Positions 25,954 to 38,603 of a stretch of DNA of 64,000 nt are shown here, piece by piece. The notes under the pieces were generated by a model. The model had not been told where the DNA came from. It worked only from the letters and a program-made list of their open reading frames with translations, and did no database searches. The stretch lies in the NCBI GenBank assembly GCA_043228905.1, contig JBHGNT010000006.1, positions 2,170,001 through 2,234,000 on the forward strand, written 5' to 3'. The DNA comes from Azolla caroliniana. Taxonomy: Eukaryota > Plantae > Polypodiophyta. The first letter of the stretch is position 1, and every line of letters starts with the position of its first letter. The translations under genes and the position numbers were made by a program.

Positions 25954-26040
25954 CCAAGTTCGTGGGATCAAACATTGGTTGTGGGAGAGGTGAAAGATGG
26001 ATATCAAGGATCTACCAAAATCATGATTCTAGTTTGTGAC

Positions 26041-26318
26041 CAAATTCAAGATTCTTATATGTGATTGGGATTAGGTCTACACATCATAATGCACAAATAG
26101 GTTGCATAATGGAGGTCTAGCTTTAGGAGGATGACAAGTTTCAACATTATATATCATATGGAAATTTGCTATCAAGCATCCACCAGATAATTTGATTAAA
26201 TTCACGAATCCAATATGTCATTTGGATTAGGCATCATATGTCATATTGCACGATTAAGTCGCATAGTGGAGGCTAGCCTTAGAGGATGGCAAGTTTCAAC
26301 ATTATATACCATATGGAA
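26041..26318. repeat. Diverged ~157-bp tandem duplication
   Basis: aaattca.ga...ggattagg...caagtttcaacattatata.catatggaa occurs twice. Confidence 0.75.
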
Positions 26319-26884
26319 GCCTATTTTGGTGATTTTCATTTTATGTAATTTTCATAATTAGCTTGGTTGTTTGTCAACTATTATACAAGAACGCCCAATT
26401 ATCTCCAATGTCATTACTTGATGTAACCCACAATATAACAAAATGGTCTTCCAATTCATGTATGCATTTCAAAGAGCTTTTATGTAGTATGCATTAAAGC
26501 CAACAAGATAACCTTGACATTACGTACTATATATTATTAGTAATTACCATCCACAAAGACCGAATATAGTATATGAGAGAATATAATATATGAGACAAAA
26601 GAAACAAAGAGAGTATAAAGCCATCCACGAAGTTGCAAATCAAATAGTTCTAGAACAAATGAGTTCCTTGTCAAGGGATGTCAAGTTATCTTCATTCGAT
26701 GGGTTTTAATAAAAAGTCACTAACCAAGTACATGCTAGGTCATGCCAATTCTATGGGTTCCTCTACAACCCAAACAACTCTTTTATAAATTAAAGAATGG
26801 CAATAGAGAATAGATAAGCAACCACTAAAAGCTCCTCATTGGAGTAGAAGTTGCATACAAAAGAAATGATAATTAGCTATATTA

Positions 26885-27249
26885 AAAACAAGGATTTTGG
26901 TGGCCTTGAATGATATATAGACATGGACGCCAAAGGGATACATTTATATATATACAAATTTCTCACACGTCAAAGCTCATGTTGATCTTGATTGGTTGAA
27001 GGTAGAGTTAGAGCTCCAAAAAGAAATTGACCTACATCCAAAACAAAGATTTTGGTGGCCTTGAATGATCTATAGACATGGACGCCAAAGGGATACATTT
27101 ATATATATACAAATTTCTCACACGTCAAAGCTCATGTTGATCTTGATTGGTTGAAGGTAGAGTTAGAGCTCCAAAAAGAAATTGAACTACATCCAAAACA
27201 AAGATTTTGGTGGCCTTGAATGATCTATAGACATAGACACCCAAGGGAT
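26885..27249. repeat. 155-bp tandem array (~2.35 copies) containing the 3' end of the SFR2-like CDS
   Basis: aaaaca.agattttggtggccttgaatgat occurs at 26885, 27040 and 27195. The stop-codon context tcaaagctcatg occurs at 26970 and 27125. Confidence 0.95.
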
Positions 27250-28960
27250 GGGACTCATACTTGCTAAAGCGCCAATCCCGTCGAGAAAAGGGTAGCATGA
27301 TTGGCACATCAAGGCCGCTCAACCCCATGCGTTCAAATGCATCAAGCTCTCGACACAAAGGTCGAAATGTTCGTGACCCAACCAATGCTTGTAAGGTTTC
27401 CCACTCTCGAACCCGTTGTGGGCTCGTGACTAGGCCGCTCTGTGAGATTTCGTGATAAAGATGGAAAGATGGGCGTGGGAGACGAGTCAGATTATGCATA
27501 CGATCAACATGGACGAGCCCGAATTTGGGGCAATAACCATCCGACCATTCCCAATTGTCGGAAAGTGTCCAATGGACGTAACCAAGGACGGGGATACCAA
27601 GGTAGGCAATGGCAAAGTGTAGGGCGATGAGATGCTCAATGAGATAGGGGCGACGCAAAGCATCGAGGGAATCGGCGACACCATTCTCAGTGATAACAAA
27701 TGGGAGGCGCGGAAAGCGCGAATGGAAGGCGGAACGCACGAGGGGAAGACCCTCGGGAAACACAGACCGACCAGCTTCGCTATACTCTTCCTCTTCATCA
27801 AACATCAACCCAGCAATGGAGACCACCTCTTGCCCATAATAGTTGATGCCACAAAAATCAAGATGGGTCTCGATGCTTTGGATCCATGGGAAGTGCATTA
27901 TTCTCCTCACCAAGGCAGCCACCGGAGCATCTAGTAGACTGTAAGGCCTTATCACAGCCACCGCGTGTGCAACCCCTACAAGAATAGATTCATTTCTCAA
28001 CTTGAGCTCTTCGTATGCAGCTGTATGAGCTTTCGTAATGGCCGACATCGCCTTCCCGTACCGACCCCAAGGCGAAATACAAAACAAAAACGATAGACGG
28101 TTAGGATTAGGGTTTAAGACTAAATTAGAGGGCCATAGACCACCAGAGCAATATGTGAGCATGGCAAAGATGTCAGGCTCATTGAAAGTGATCCAGTAGT
28201 CCACAAGATGACCAAAGCTGTCCCGAGCCAAGGCAGCAAATTCAGCAAAATAGGAGGCAGTCCGAATGCCACCATCTGTTGCCACCCATCCCCCATAATC
28301 CATTGCCCATTTCGGCATGGAATGATGGAAGAGGGTTAACATGACACGCATGTCATGAGCATGAACCATCTCCATGATGATCTTATACCTGTTGATGGAC
28401 TCTATATGGGCAGCCATAATCGTACCCCCATGGACATTGGGTTCCATTGGCACGATACGGCCCCAATCGATGCCCATCCGAAAGACTGTGGCACCACTCG
28501 ATCTGGCGAGGATAATCTCCAGCTCAGGATCCGACCAAAAGCGGAGGCGTTCATCCGGCTTTGGCACCTGGCGCCATGAGTGCACTGATGACCCAATCTT
28601 TCTTGCAAATTCTAGCCACATGTCATCCAAACTGTCCTCCACCTGAGCAGGAGCAGTGGCCACGCCGAAGAAGAATTTTCCTCCATTGGCAGTGATGGAG
28701 AAATCAGCTAGCACGGTACTATTGTCGTGAAGATCTCCCTCAAGGGAGGTGGATACGGAATGGTGAATATGATGTGGAATTTGTAATGGAGAAAGGATTA
28801 AGAGGAGGATGGAAGCGAAGAGGTAAAGCACAAGAGAGATGCCCAAAAAGATGGCTATGGTGCTTAACCTGCACATGATATTAGATTTGGGCCCCCAACA
28901 CACATGCCAAGTAGTGAAGTATTCACTCTTTGTTTTTATACTTTTGTCTTTGGGCTGCAT
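27125..28960 (-). CDS. SFR2: Intronless SFR2-like family 1 glycoside hydrolase/transglycosidase, 611 aa
   Basis: SFR2-diagnostic blocks: FFFGVATAPAQVED, RLRFWSDP, VFRMGIDWGRI, VMLTLFHHS, INYYGQE, EYSEAGR, RRPYLIEHL, DNWEWSDGY.PKFGLV.VDR. Catalytic TFNEP and ITENG are intact. Single uninterrupted ORF with an N-terminal hydrophobic helix. Probably a paralogue rather than the canonical orthologue. Confidence 0.88.
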   Translation of the reverse strand: MQPKDKSIKTKSEYFTTWHVCWGPKSNIMCRLSTIAIFLGISLVLYLFASILLLILSPLQIPHHIHHSVSTSLEGDLHDNSTVLADFSITANGGKFFFGVATAPAQVEDSLDDMWLEFARKIGSSVHSWRQVPKPDERLRFWSDPELEIILARSSGATVFRMGIDWGRIVPMEPNVHGGTIMAAHIESINRYKIIMEMVHAHDMRVMLTLFHHSMPKWAMDYGGWVATDGGIRTASYFAEFAALARDSFGHLVDYWITFNEPDIFAMLTYCSGGLWPSNLVLNPNPNRLSFLFCISPWGRYGKAMSAITKAHTAAYEELKLRNESILVGVAHAVAVIRPYSLLDAPVAALVRRIMHFPWIQSIETHLDFCGINYYGQEVVSIAGLMFDEEEEYSEAGRSVFPEGLPLVRSAFHSRFPRLPFVITENGVADSLDALRRPYLIEHLIALHFAIAYLGIPVLGYVHWTLSDNWEWSDGYCPKFGLVHVDRMHNLTRLPRPSFHLYHEISQSGLVTSPQRVREWETLQALVGSRTFRPLCRELDAFERMGLSGLDVPIMLPFSRRDWRFSKYESHPLGVYVYRSFKATKIFVLDVVQFLFGALTLPSTNQDQHEL

Positions 28961-30494
28961 TCCTAATCGACATATCTAACAACGTGGCAATAAATGACAC
29001 ATCATTGGATATTTATTTTAGTTATCAACCCTTCGATATAGAAAGTAAGGGCCTCTTATGTTGACCCCCTCTCCTTTTTTCCCTAAATAGCAATATATTA
29101 ATTACAGAATGTATAGCTAGGGTTTGCAACAACAAGGAGAACTCCCATTCGGATATGTATTTTAAGCATCCAATATCTCTCTCTGAACCACATAATTATA
29201 TTCATTGTAGGTAAGAACACCATTACAATATTGTTGCCTCCCTACATAGGTAGCGGGAGATTATTCCCAAGTGCCATCAAAGAGCTGCATACCCACATGA
29301 TGAAACAATTCCACGTGCTCTAATGTCCACAATTGCAAAATAAGTAACCTCCAATACCTTAAAATTTGGAACATGATTTCTCTCTTTCTTTCTCTATTCA
29401 CCAACTCTTGAAGTTCATGGAAAACACAAGCAAACACAAGCAAAGACGAGTCTCTATTCACCAAGTCTTGAAGTTCATGGAGGACGCTTGCATCTACTTT
29501 ACTTGACTAGAATTTCTATGCATTGAATTTTTCCCTAACCTCACGAACTCCTTTTCCCAACAATTTTGTTCTATTCATTTTACACGCTTAATAACAATGA
29601 ATTGCAACATTATTTGAGCTGACTATGAAGTTTTTTCTGAAGATCATGTCCCAAGACATGAAGGAATGGTTCCCAAAACGAACCCCCTCCCCCACCCACA
29701 TTAAGATGTGGAACATATATCTTACGAGAAAATAAAGTTTCATTTCTATACCAACATAGGAAATTGGATTTAGCAAAGCCTACATATTTAAAATACCCTC
29801 AATTGTTGTAGATGCAGCCATGCAAACTCCACCAATCATATTTTTTATAGAATTATACCTACAAAAACCCAATGCCTAACCCCATATCGACAAACTTTTA
29901 AAGACCCCAATGTGGCCTATGAGAAGATCAAAATAATAACAACTTGGCAAAGCCTACATAAAGATACCGTAACTCTCACTAGACTAGGATATAGTACCCT
30001 AGATCCTAAACCCCAAGAAAACTATGTGGGCAATGTTTCATCTTACAACTCTAATTTTGCCAATGTATCCACTCATTGTTTATTGAATTTTTGGCAATAT
30101 AGACCCACAAACAACCGAGAAGACCCAAATTGTACACAAATAAATTAGAAATCCGGAGGAATCTCTAAAAAACATCTAGTAATTCTTTTCTAGCGTCCTT
30201 ACATATAGTAGCAGCCAAGAAACATGGAATCAAAAAAGTATACACCATATTCCATAACATGGTCTAAAAGCACAGAAATAAGGGTATGTTAAGTATCCTC
30301 GCAATTAGCATTGAGATTGTCTAACAACATAGAAATACGTGTATATATATATATTACATACACACATATATATACACTCATCAATCAGCATTTTGTTCTA
30401 GAAATGGTGAATCTTTGATGTAGCATTATATGGCTAACATTTCCTTGTCACCCTCACAAATCATTCTCCTTCGTAGATGTGTGTGATGTGTTCA

Positions 30495-33325
30495 TTAGTC
30501 CTTGGTATCATCTTTCTGGTTGAAGAAACTTGGCGGTAAGGAGAACTCTTCCTCGTGCCCCTGAATTTCCTCATCCTCATCCGGTTTCTAAAAATGCAAA
30601 CACACTTTGTTACGCATTGCAATTACGGAGCCCCTATCATTGATATGAGAGAGAGAAAGAGAGCTTACAAGCATTTCAATATTGTAGAATCTGTCCAAGT
30701 GCTGTAGAATTTCATCTGATGTGAAGTGCTGATGTAACCTACAGAAGACTGAAATCAAGACAAAACTCCTGTTTTAACGTTTCAAAACAATAATAAGAGA
30801 AACCATAGATTTCTGGATCTTACCGTTTTTCCAAATATTCCATAAGGCCATACAAGACAAAGTGTCTATGCATTCCTGCAGAATCAAAAAGCATGTAAAC
30901 CTCTCATACTCGCCAATATAAGTAGTATTCAATATTTTATTGAGACTGAGGCCCCTGTCCAATGGGACAGACATTATGATGAAGGAAGAAATTATCTCGT
31001 TTCACATTATCCAAAGTCTTCTCTCATAACACAATTACAAGGTAAAAGGCTCCCAACTTCTCTCAAGTATTACATGGCTTGCAAGTACCTCTCATTCACT
31101 ATAGCTTGTTATTGTATGATCGCCAGAAAAGCAATGTCTTTAGGCTTTCGTAACATGTCACTTGCCCTATGCCAAAAATAGAGAATGCCCTGCAATTAAA
31201 GGGTAGCTTTGCTATACTCGTGCTATTCCCAATTGTAGTGTTCCTAAATAAATGATTTTATACCAATAAAGATTTTAGTTTGGGCAAGGAACAAGTTAAG
31301 ACCACATGAATAGCAACCTATCATTATTGACATAGTTTCAGTATTGTCCTTTTATATCTTGACCCTCCCCAACAAAAGGCTCACTTTATTTACTTAATTG
31401 AATCAGCTACATTCTTTGGGAAACTTCCATACAGGCTACCTTAATATAATGCATCTTCTCTACAAACGACTTAAAGCTAGAGGCTACCCCATCTTTCCTA
31501 CGAACTGGTTTCAACAACATCTCCTATGCAAGCTGGTAAGATCTTCTCAAACACACATCTCATTGACATGCAGAAATGCATTTACATCCATTCAGGCTCG
31601 AACTTGAACATTCTAAGAACTCGAAACACCTCAATCTGCAATGGGATGTTCCTGCGTTTGCACATGCTTCTTCAAAAAGAACCGAACCTACAAGAAATCC
31701 TTAGACCAATCAAGGGTGGGAAAAATCCAAGGAGCCTCCAATCATTCCTAGTCAAGTCTCAACTTTGTAAAATATGTAAGGGTTAGGAATAATGTCAATA
31801 GCTTTTGTTCTAGATAAAGCCATTCCATATAAACTACACTTTCCTCTAAAAGTACACCGACTGGGATTTTTTAGCATCCCTTTTCACCATGACTCATTGG
31901 ATATTCACATCCAACCATGGATTTACCTTAAATTTATATCCTACTCCTTGATTATCCTGCTCCTTTTCTTAACTTTTATACCATAACTATTAATTCCTTA
32001 TCCTTGAACTCCTACATTTAATCATGCATTTTTCGACATTCACCCGATATAATTCTTTTAGAATATTTTCCACCTGAATAAAGTTACTTCATAATATAAT
32101 TCAGTATAATAATCTTAGAATATATTCTTGGTCATGAACAAATGAATTAAAGACTTCAATTTTCTCCTTAATTTTTGAAGTTATATCCTTAGGTAACAAT
32201 ACCCCACTAATTTTTAGCGTCCAACCTAACAAAACCATGAGTAAGTATACAAGGCTAACTACACTAAATTTTTCACTCATATAAGAGAGGTATTTCTCAT
32301 CCATTGATAAATTCATATAGAATGAAACTTTTTCTTAAGCCTTGTCATTTTAACTCTATTTCTATTTTCAACTCTAAGTTTCTACTGTAATGTGAACATT
32401 ATTCTCAAACCCTATCTTTAATCTTAATCCTAATCCTAATCTTTCTTAATTTCTTAATCCTACTTAGTTTTTAACCTTCCGACCTAGCGGTTTAATCTTA
32501 CATCCCCTATTTGCACTTCATGCAAACCACCAAAACTTTAAGCCCTCAACCCCTAAACACTAATACGAAAAGAAATAAGGAGTAAAAATCCCACCTTGTA
32601 ATTTTGCAGGGTGATACATCTCTAGAGCCTCCAGCAATCTGAGCTCGAGCTCCACTTGTTGTAAACCCTGAGGAAGATCAAAGTTTGAATCAGATTTGAA
32701 ACATTGGACATCATACGAATAGATACTGATGAGATGAGTTACATATACAAATAATTGCATATGCGGATTCGTAGAATTTGCATACAAATATACCATGGGG
32801 AATAAAACATACAGACCCTGGGCAAGGAGGATTCACATACATGCTGTGGCCAAGGAGGATCCATACACATGCATGCATTCATGCATAAAATTTATGTACA
32901 CGTTCATATCATGAAGGATAACCACTTTGGGCAAGGAGGATTCAAATACATACCCTGGCCACGGAGGATTCATGCCCATATATATACATACTTATTTACC
33001 CACCTTGGACGAGGGGGATTCCTGCACATACAAACCATTTCAAAGAGAATTCACACACACAAAACGCGTAAGACTCATACGCACACAAAACACGTACACA
33101 ACTATACATACTACACCTATACACGCGTAAATGCAAATACATACACATACACGCAAAATAGAGACACAGACATACCTTGGGCAAGGACGATTCGGAGGAG
33201 AGAGGGGCAGGACCGTGTGTTGTATGGGTGGAGAGGGAAGGGGTTCCTTCTTGCTGGTCTGAGGCCGTCGCCTGCGCACTGTCCGCCATCGCCATCATCG
33301 TCATCGTGGCCATCATCATCATCAT
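30495..33325 (-). CDS. EAF7: NuA4 complex subunit EAF7/MRGBP (CT20 family)
   Basis: Exons 33325-33176, 32667-32595, 30875-30824, 30738-30669 and 30587-30495 give QVELELRLLEALEMYHPAKLQGMHRHFVLYGLMEYL...FTSDEILQHLDRFYNIEMLKPDEDE...EEFSLPPSFF, matching plant EAF7. The start ATG is ambiguous within an ATG run. Confidence 0.88.
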
Positions 33326-33340
33326 CGACAAAAGAGGGGA

Positions 33341-33362
33341 GGGGGGGGGGGGGGGGGGGGGG
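33341..33362. repeat. Poly-G22 tract (poly-C in the EAF7 5' leader)
   Basis: Directly visible, immediately upstream of the EAF7 ATG run. Confidence 0.95.
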
Positions 33363-35955
33363 ATCCTCTGTACTTCTGCTGGTTTCCCTGTCTTCAGCTT
33401 ATTCCATGTTTTTAATTAACATATATTGCACCAGATTATATAGAAGTATGCTTCTGATTCTCAGATATTGCAAATGTATGCTTGGTCTTTCTTAAACTTC
33501 ATTATATCATATATGTATGTATGCATAGACTTTTCGCTGACTCAAAATAGTCCCTTGCCTTGTCTCGCGTTGGGGAATCAAAATTTACTTGATTCTGTGA
33601 TTATGGCATTTATTGAAACTCTCTTTTGTAACCCCCCACCCCAATAAACAGTGTTATTGTATTCTGCATTGTTGATAGTTGCTATGATTCTTGTTTACGA
33701 CTACATCCACTCTTATAAAAGCTCACTTGGGTGTGTCTATCACGAGGAGTGTTACTCAAGAGAGATATGATAGTCTGAAAACCATGTCGTGTGTGCCATA
33801 AGAGTGGATTTGGGAATGAATATTACAACCGGTGCGGAGGCTTCGTCACTCTCATCTCGACAATCATGACAAACAGATGGTGACTAAGTGATACGTTCAT
33901 GTGCAATGAGCACTTCCCATCTAAAATGTTTTGGCTTGTTAAAGTTGTTGTTAGAGTTGTGCAAAACATAAGATGAGATTGGCATCCTATGATGAACTCT
34001 TGATACCACCGATGTACCACATTGGATAATGTCTTGTGTAACTGACAACCTTCAAGTTGACCTAAACTCCTAATTTAATGAACTTATGATAGAAAGCAAT
34101 GATGTACACCAATAGATTTTGTTTCCAAGACGAATGATCTTATGGATCGAATCTCATATGCAACATATTTCATCAAGATGGATCTTAAGCCTAAATAAAT
34201 ATAACTCTCGAGGATGTTCCAATAAACTATTGTTAGCTTAGAATATAAGGCATAAGATATGAATTAGTTTTAGTATCTGATGTTTAAAATGATAGAATAG
34301 TAGTAATCAACAATTATCAATTCTCTAAACAAAATAATCACATGATGAGAAGTTAGAGATCTAAATGGATGTAATTATTAGCAATGTGGTTTGTTTTTAG
34401 TTATCTTATAATAGAAATGTGAATATATATGAATTAGTGTTGATATATATGATGCAAACATATGATAGATGAAAATAACGCGAGTGAATGATCTATTATA
34501 AATCCATGGATAAGAAGGATCACATAATAGAAAGCTAGAGATATCATTGGATATAACCCAACCTTCACACAAGGCTCAACAGGCAAAACTCATGGAAATG
34601 TTTGTTTAGAGGTCTATTATTATAGACTTGCAATTATATTCTTGTTGATGCACTTTCTTGAATCATAGAAGTTCTCTTTACTCGTCGAAAAGCTCGAATA
34701 ACTTGTATCTTTCCAAGTTTCAAGCATGACCTTCATCCTATGATGACTAGCCACCAAAATTACAAATGTGATTGGTTTGTTAGCTAACGGAGAAAGATTA
34801 TGATGAAGTATTATATTCAAGATGGATTAAACTTTAAACAAGGCAAGATGGTTGTGCTTGGTTTTGAGGATGTGTGAAGGCAAGTGATTGAGAGTGTTGC
34901 ATGATTGAGGGTGCATACATTTGGGATTTTTATTGGATGTGCATTGAAGCATGTGATGAAAGTGATGTTTGATTCCATTATTCTAGGACTCAACAACGTT
35001 GAAAACCTTGTGCTATTACTATTACATTCAACTTCCTTGTTTATGCATCATATGAGATTTGGCGGGTTCTTGGTGTTTGCCATTTGGCCCAACCATGCTT
35101 ACAACTATCTTCATGGTAAGGACTTATGATCCAACTACCCTATAAAAGAACCTATTGGATCGCGTTATCCGACATTATATTGCATGATACTACACAGGGT
35201 TCGATAATGTCACAAAATTTACATTATTCAACTATCTTGATGGACTTTGTCGTGGGTTTACCCTAGAAATGTAGATGCCATCATGCAACCAAGGTTGTAG
35301 TTTATGGCATCACAAGAATGACACTATGCATTCCTTCCCCCAACCATTGTAATAGTTCAAACACTTGGAGAAAATTATTATACATTATATAGTCTATTGA
35401 AGACATTGTCAATAACGGGCTCCCAAATTCACCAAACATCCTTAGCATGTAGATTCAATAACCTGGAAACCCGATTATGTATGTCATCCATGAATCATCT
35501 TGTTTGGGATAACTATTATCCAAATATTGAATCTATAGTATGTTTATAGTAGTATACGGTTTCAAGCCAAAACCACTAAATGCTACTAAGCTTGTAAGTG
35601 TGGAGTACAATTCATAGTCTTAAAACTCTATAAGAATGTGGCAAAATTTATGGAAGCCATCAATGTTAACCATGTTTACTCCACAAGGGCATGTAGGTGT
35701 AACCAAAGGGTACAAACAAGATATGAACATGCAAGCGTCCTAGGTTGTCTTCTCCATATCACGGACAATTCCAAGTTATTAAGACTATTAATGACATGCC
35801 TTGTAAACTAGAGTTACATCCAAAATCAAAAGCCTTCATAGATATGTGTGTATGCAGCCTACAGGCATGCATGCATTCATGTATGTATGTATGATATATG
35901 TATTATGTATATATGTATGTATGTAGATGTGAATGTGGATCATAGAAGCAGAACA

Positions 35956-37817
35956 ATGGCGATGAGCATGACAAGCCCCATGTCCATTCCTCCTCTTCCG
36001 TCCGACCGTGTGGTGATGGTCACAGGGGGAGCAGGGTTTATCGGATGCCACACAGTGGCGGCCCTGTTGCGTCTTGGAGAAAATGTGGTCCTTGTGGACA
36101 ACTCCTCTGCACATGGCTACCCTTCCTCTGTTAAGGCTGCTAACCTTCAGGTGATTTCCTCTTTATGTTAGTGTTTGAAGGAAATAAAAGGGAGATGAAT
36201 CTAAGTTAGATTTTGTTTTTCTATGTTGTAACAAACACTTACACATGTCTACAGGCTTAGGATCCGTAATCCACAATAAGGTGGATTATTGGCATGTTAC
36301 GTAACTATTGTTGAATATGTATTGATGGAGAAACTATGTCATAGTGACTGTGAGAGCCATTCCTGCGTGTGGTATAACGAATCTTTGCATGTTGTGATTA
36401 TTGTTGCATATGTTTTGATACAGGCAACACATGTTGTAGTTGCAGGAAGAACATTGTTACATGTGTTTTTATGTTGAATGCATTGATTTAGTGGCTGCAA
36501 AAGTGTGCATCAGAATGCCCCGGAACCTTACAAATCAAGAATGCTGACATTACCGATCGAATCGCAATGAAATCTCTGTTCTCAAACGGGATCAATGTGG
36601 TCTGCCATCTGGCTGCATGTGCAGGAGCAAGAGAAAGTATCTCTTCTCCAGAGTGGTATATAAACACCAATGTATTGGGAACCACAATTTTACTGGAGCA
36701 AGCTGCGTTGTCAAGGTGCTCAAACTTTGTCTATGCCTCGAGTGGAAGTGTCTATGGAACCCCAGTTTCCTCTTCTACAAACATGGAGAAGAATATGGTC
36801 CTCATGAGAGAAGATGAATTGCCCGGAAAACTGCTAAGTCCATATGGTGTTACCAAAGCTGCGGCAGAATCCATGGCTGGAGTCTACCACCATCTCTACA
36901 ATTTACCAACCACTGTAAGTTCCAAACAACATGAAATTGAAAGAAAAGAATTGGCTGTTGATATAAAAGCTTCAGGGTGATTACAATCAGTAAGAAAAAG
37001 AAAAGAATTGATCTAAATATATAATCTTTGTTAAACCAAAGCACAATATACATGGACTGGACTGGCGGAAGAATATAATTTACTTTTGATATAGAAGTAT
37101 TGTTGAATCTAGGAATGGTATATAGGGGCTAAGGTTCTTCACTATCTATGGACCTCGAGGCCGCCCAGAAATGGCTCCATTGAAATTCATGAACTTGATA
37201 TATAGAGGGATGCCAATTGAGATCTTCGGAGATGGCAGCTCATGGCGAGATTACACGTAAGAGGCTGCACTGATCACATAACATATTTTTGACCTGTATG
37301 AAGGAGTTATGCAATTTGGCTTTTCATTTTCAAATCCATGATTAGATATATCGATGACGCAGTAGATAGTATCATTGCAGCCATCAACAAACCACACAGC
37401 TGTGAGGTTTGTGTTCATATTCAGATCTACGATTATATTGAAATGATTTTTAATAATGATCAAGTCCATTTCTAACCATGATAGGGCAACAGGTGTTTAA
37501 TATTGCTGCTGGTAAGGCTGTACGGCTGTCTGAGTTTGTAGAAACACTGCAAAATGTCATGGGTTGCACTGCTACAGTTATTCGGAGAGAGGAGTCAAAG
37601 GGTGATGTTTTTGGTACATTTGCTGACATTCAAAAGGCAAGGGCCATGCTTGGATACAACCCAAAGGTGTGGTGATCTCTTTTACTGTTTCCAAGAGGCT
37701 TCGTGTGCCAAAGCATTAAGATAGTTTTGTTTGAAATGTGGACAGGTTCACTTAGAACAAGGTCTAGCAACAATGTTTGAATGGTTCAAGGAAAATCTAC
37801 GCGCCCATGAAATTTAG
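35956..37817 (+). CDS. NAD-dependent epimerase, UDP-glucuronate 4-epimerase-like, lacking a Golgi anchor
   Basis: Exons 35956-36150, 36492-36914, 37126-37256, 37346-37406, 37493-37666 and 37746-37817 join in frame. Motifs: [35 protein letters not shown] (YxxxK), [41 protein letters not shown]. Confidence 0.88.
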
Positions 37818-38603
37818 CTGAACTTAATTGTATAATTATGTATGCTAACTGTTGAAAGTCAAATGAAAGACCATTTGAATGAACAATAAACATATCCATA
37901 TGACATTGACATTGACATCTGCAGTTGGAGAAAGCAACACGAGAGTTTTGAAATATGCCCAGCTTTTATTTGCAACATGCAATGTTCCAATGGTATATGT
38001 TGTGACTCGTGACATTAACAATATGGTCAATCTAATATTTCCACAAGTACAAGTTAAATATAACACATGGTAAACGTGTATCATCTGATGCAATAATGAT
38101 TGATTATGAACATGTAAGAGAGGAATTAGTGATTTTATTTTTGTGTATGGCTTCCATTAGAGAGGAATAATACAATAGTCAAAGCATGTATCACTTTTAA
38201 ATGCATTCACGAATTATACAAGAGTTATAACCACCAAATATGACGGCATTTTATGGGATGGAATGTGAAAAGAAATAGTCGTGTGATTTCTTTTCACATG
38301 AATAAAAAAGCTAATTATGGAAAGAAGTTTTAGACTGCAGCAGTAGGCAGAAATAAGTTCAGGAAAGAAGTTCTAGAATAAAGAAGTACGCAGAAGCCAC
38401 AAATAAACCTTCAGAATATTTAAAAGCTTTTATTGGGTCTGATTTGTTCTGGAAGATTACTTTCAGCTGTACACAATGAAGGTGATTCCTAGCACTTATA
38501 TGTATTGTGTACAAAGAAATTTATTTAGGAGAGCAAACAATTCAAGTCAACAGTCTCTAACAAGGTTTAATTAATATTACAAGTAATAACAAATTGAACT
38601 TTA

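Noticed and set aside
32869-33495. 208-aa + strand ORF
   Set aside because: Antisense to EAF7 exon 1 and intron 1, and built from CA-rich, CAT and poly-G repeats.
33770-35800. Retrotransposon remnant (PBS-like tgatacca near 34001)
   Set aside because: No LTR-terminal TG/CA adjacent and no recognisable protein motif could be read. Probably TE-derived but unsupported.
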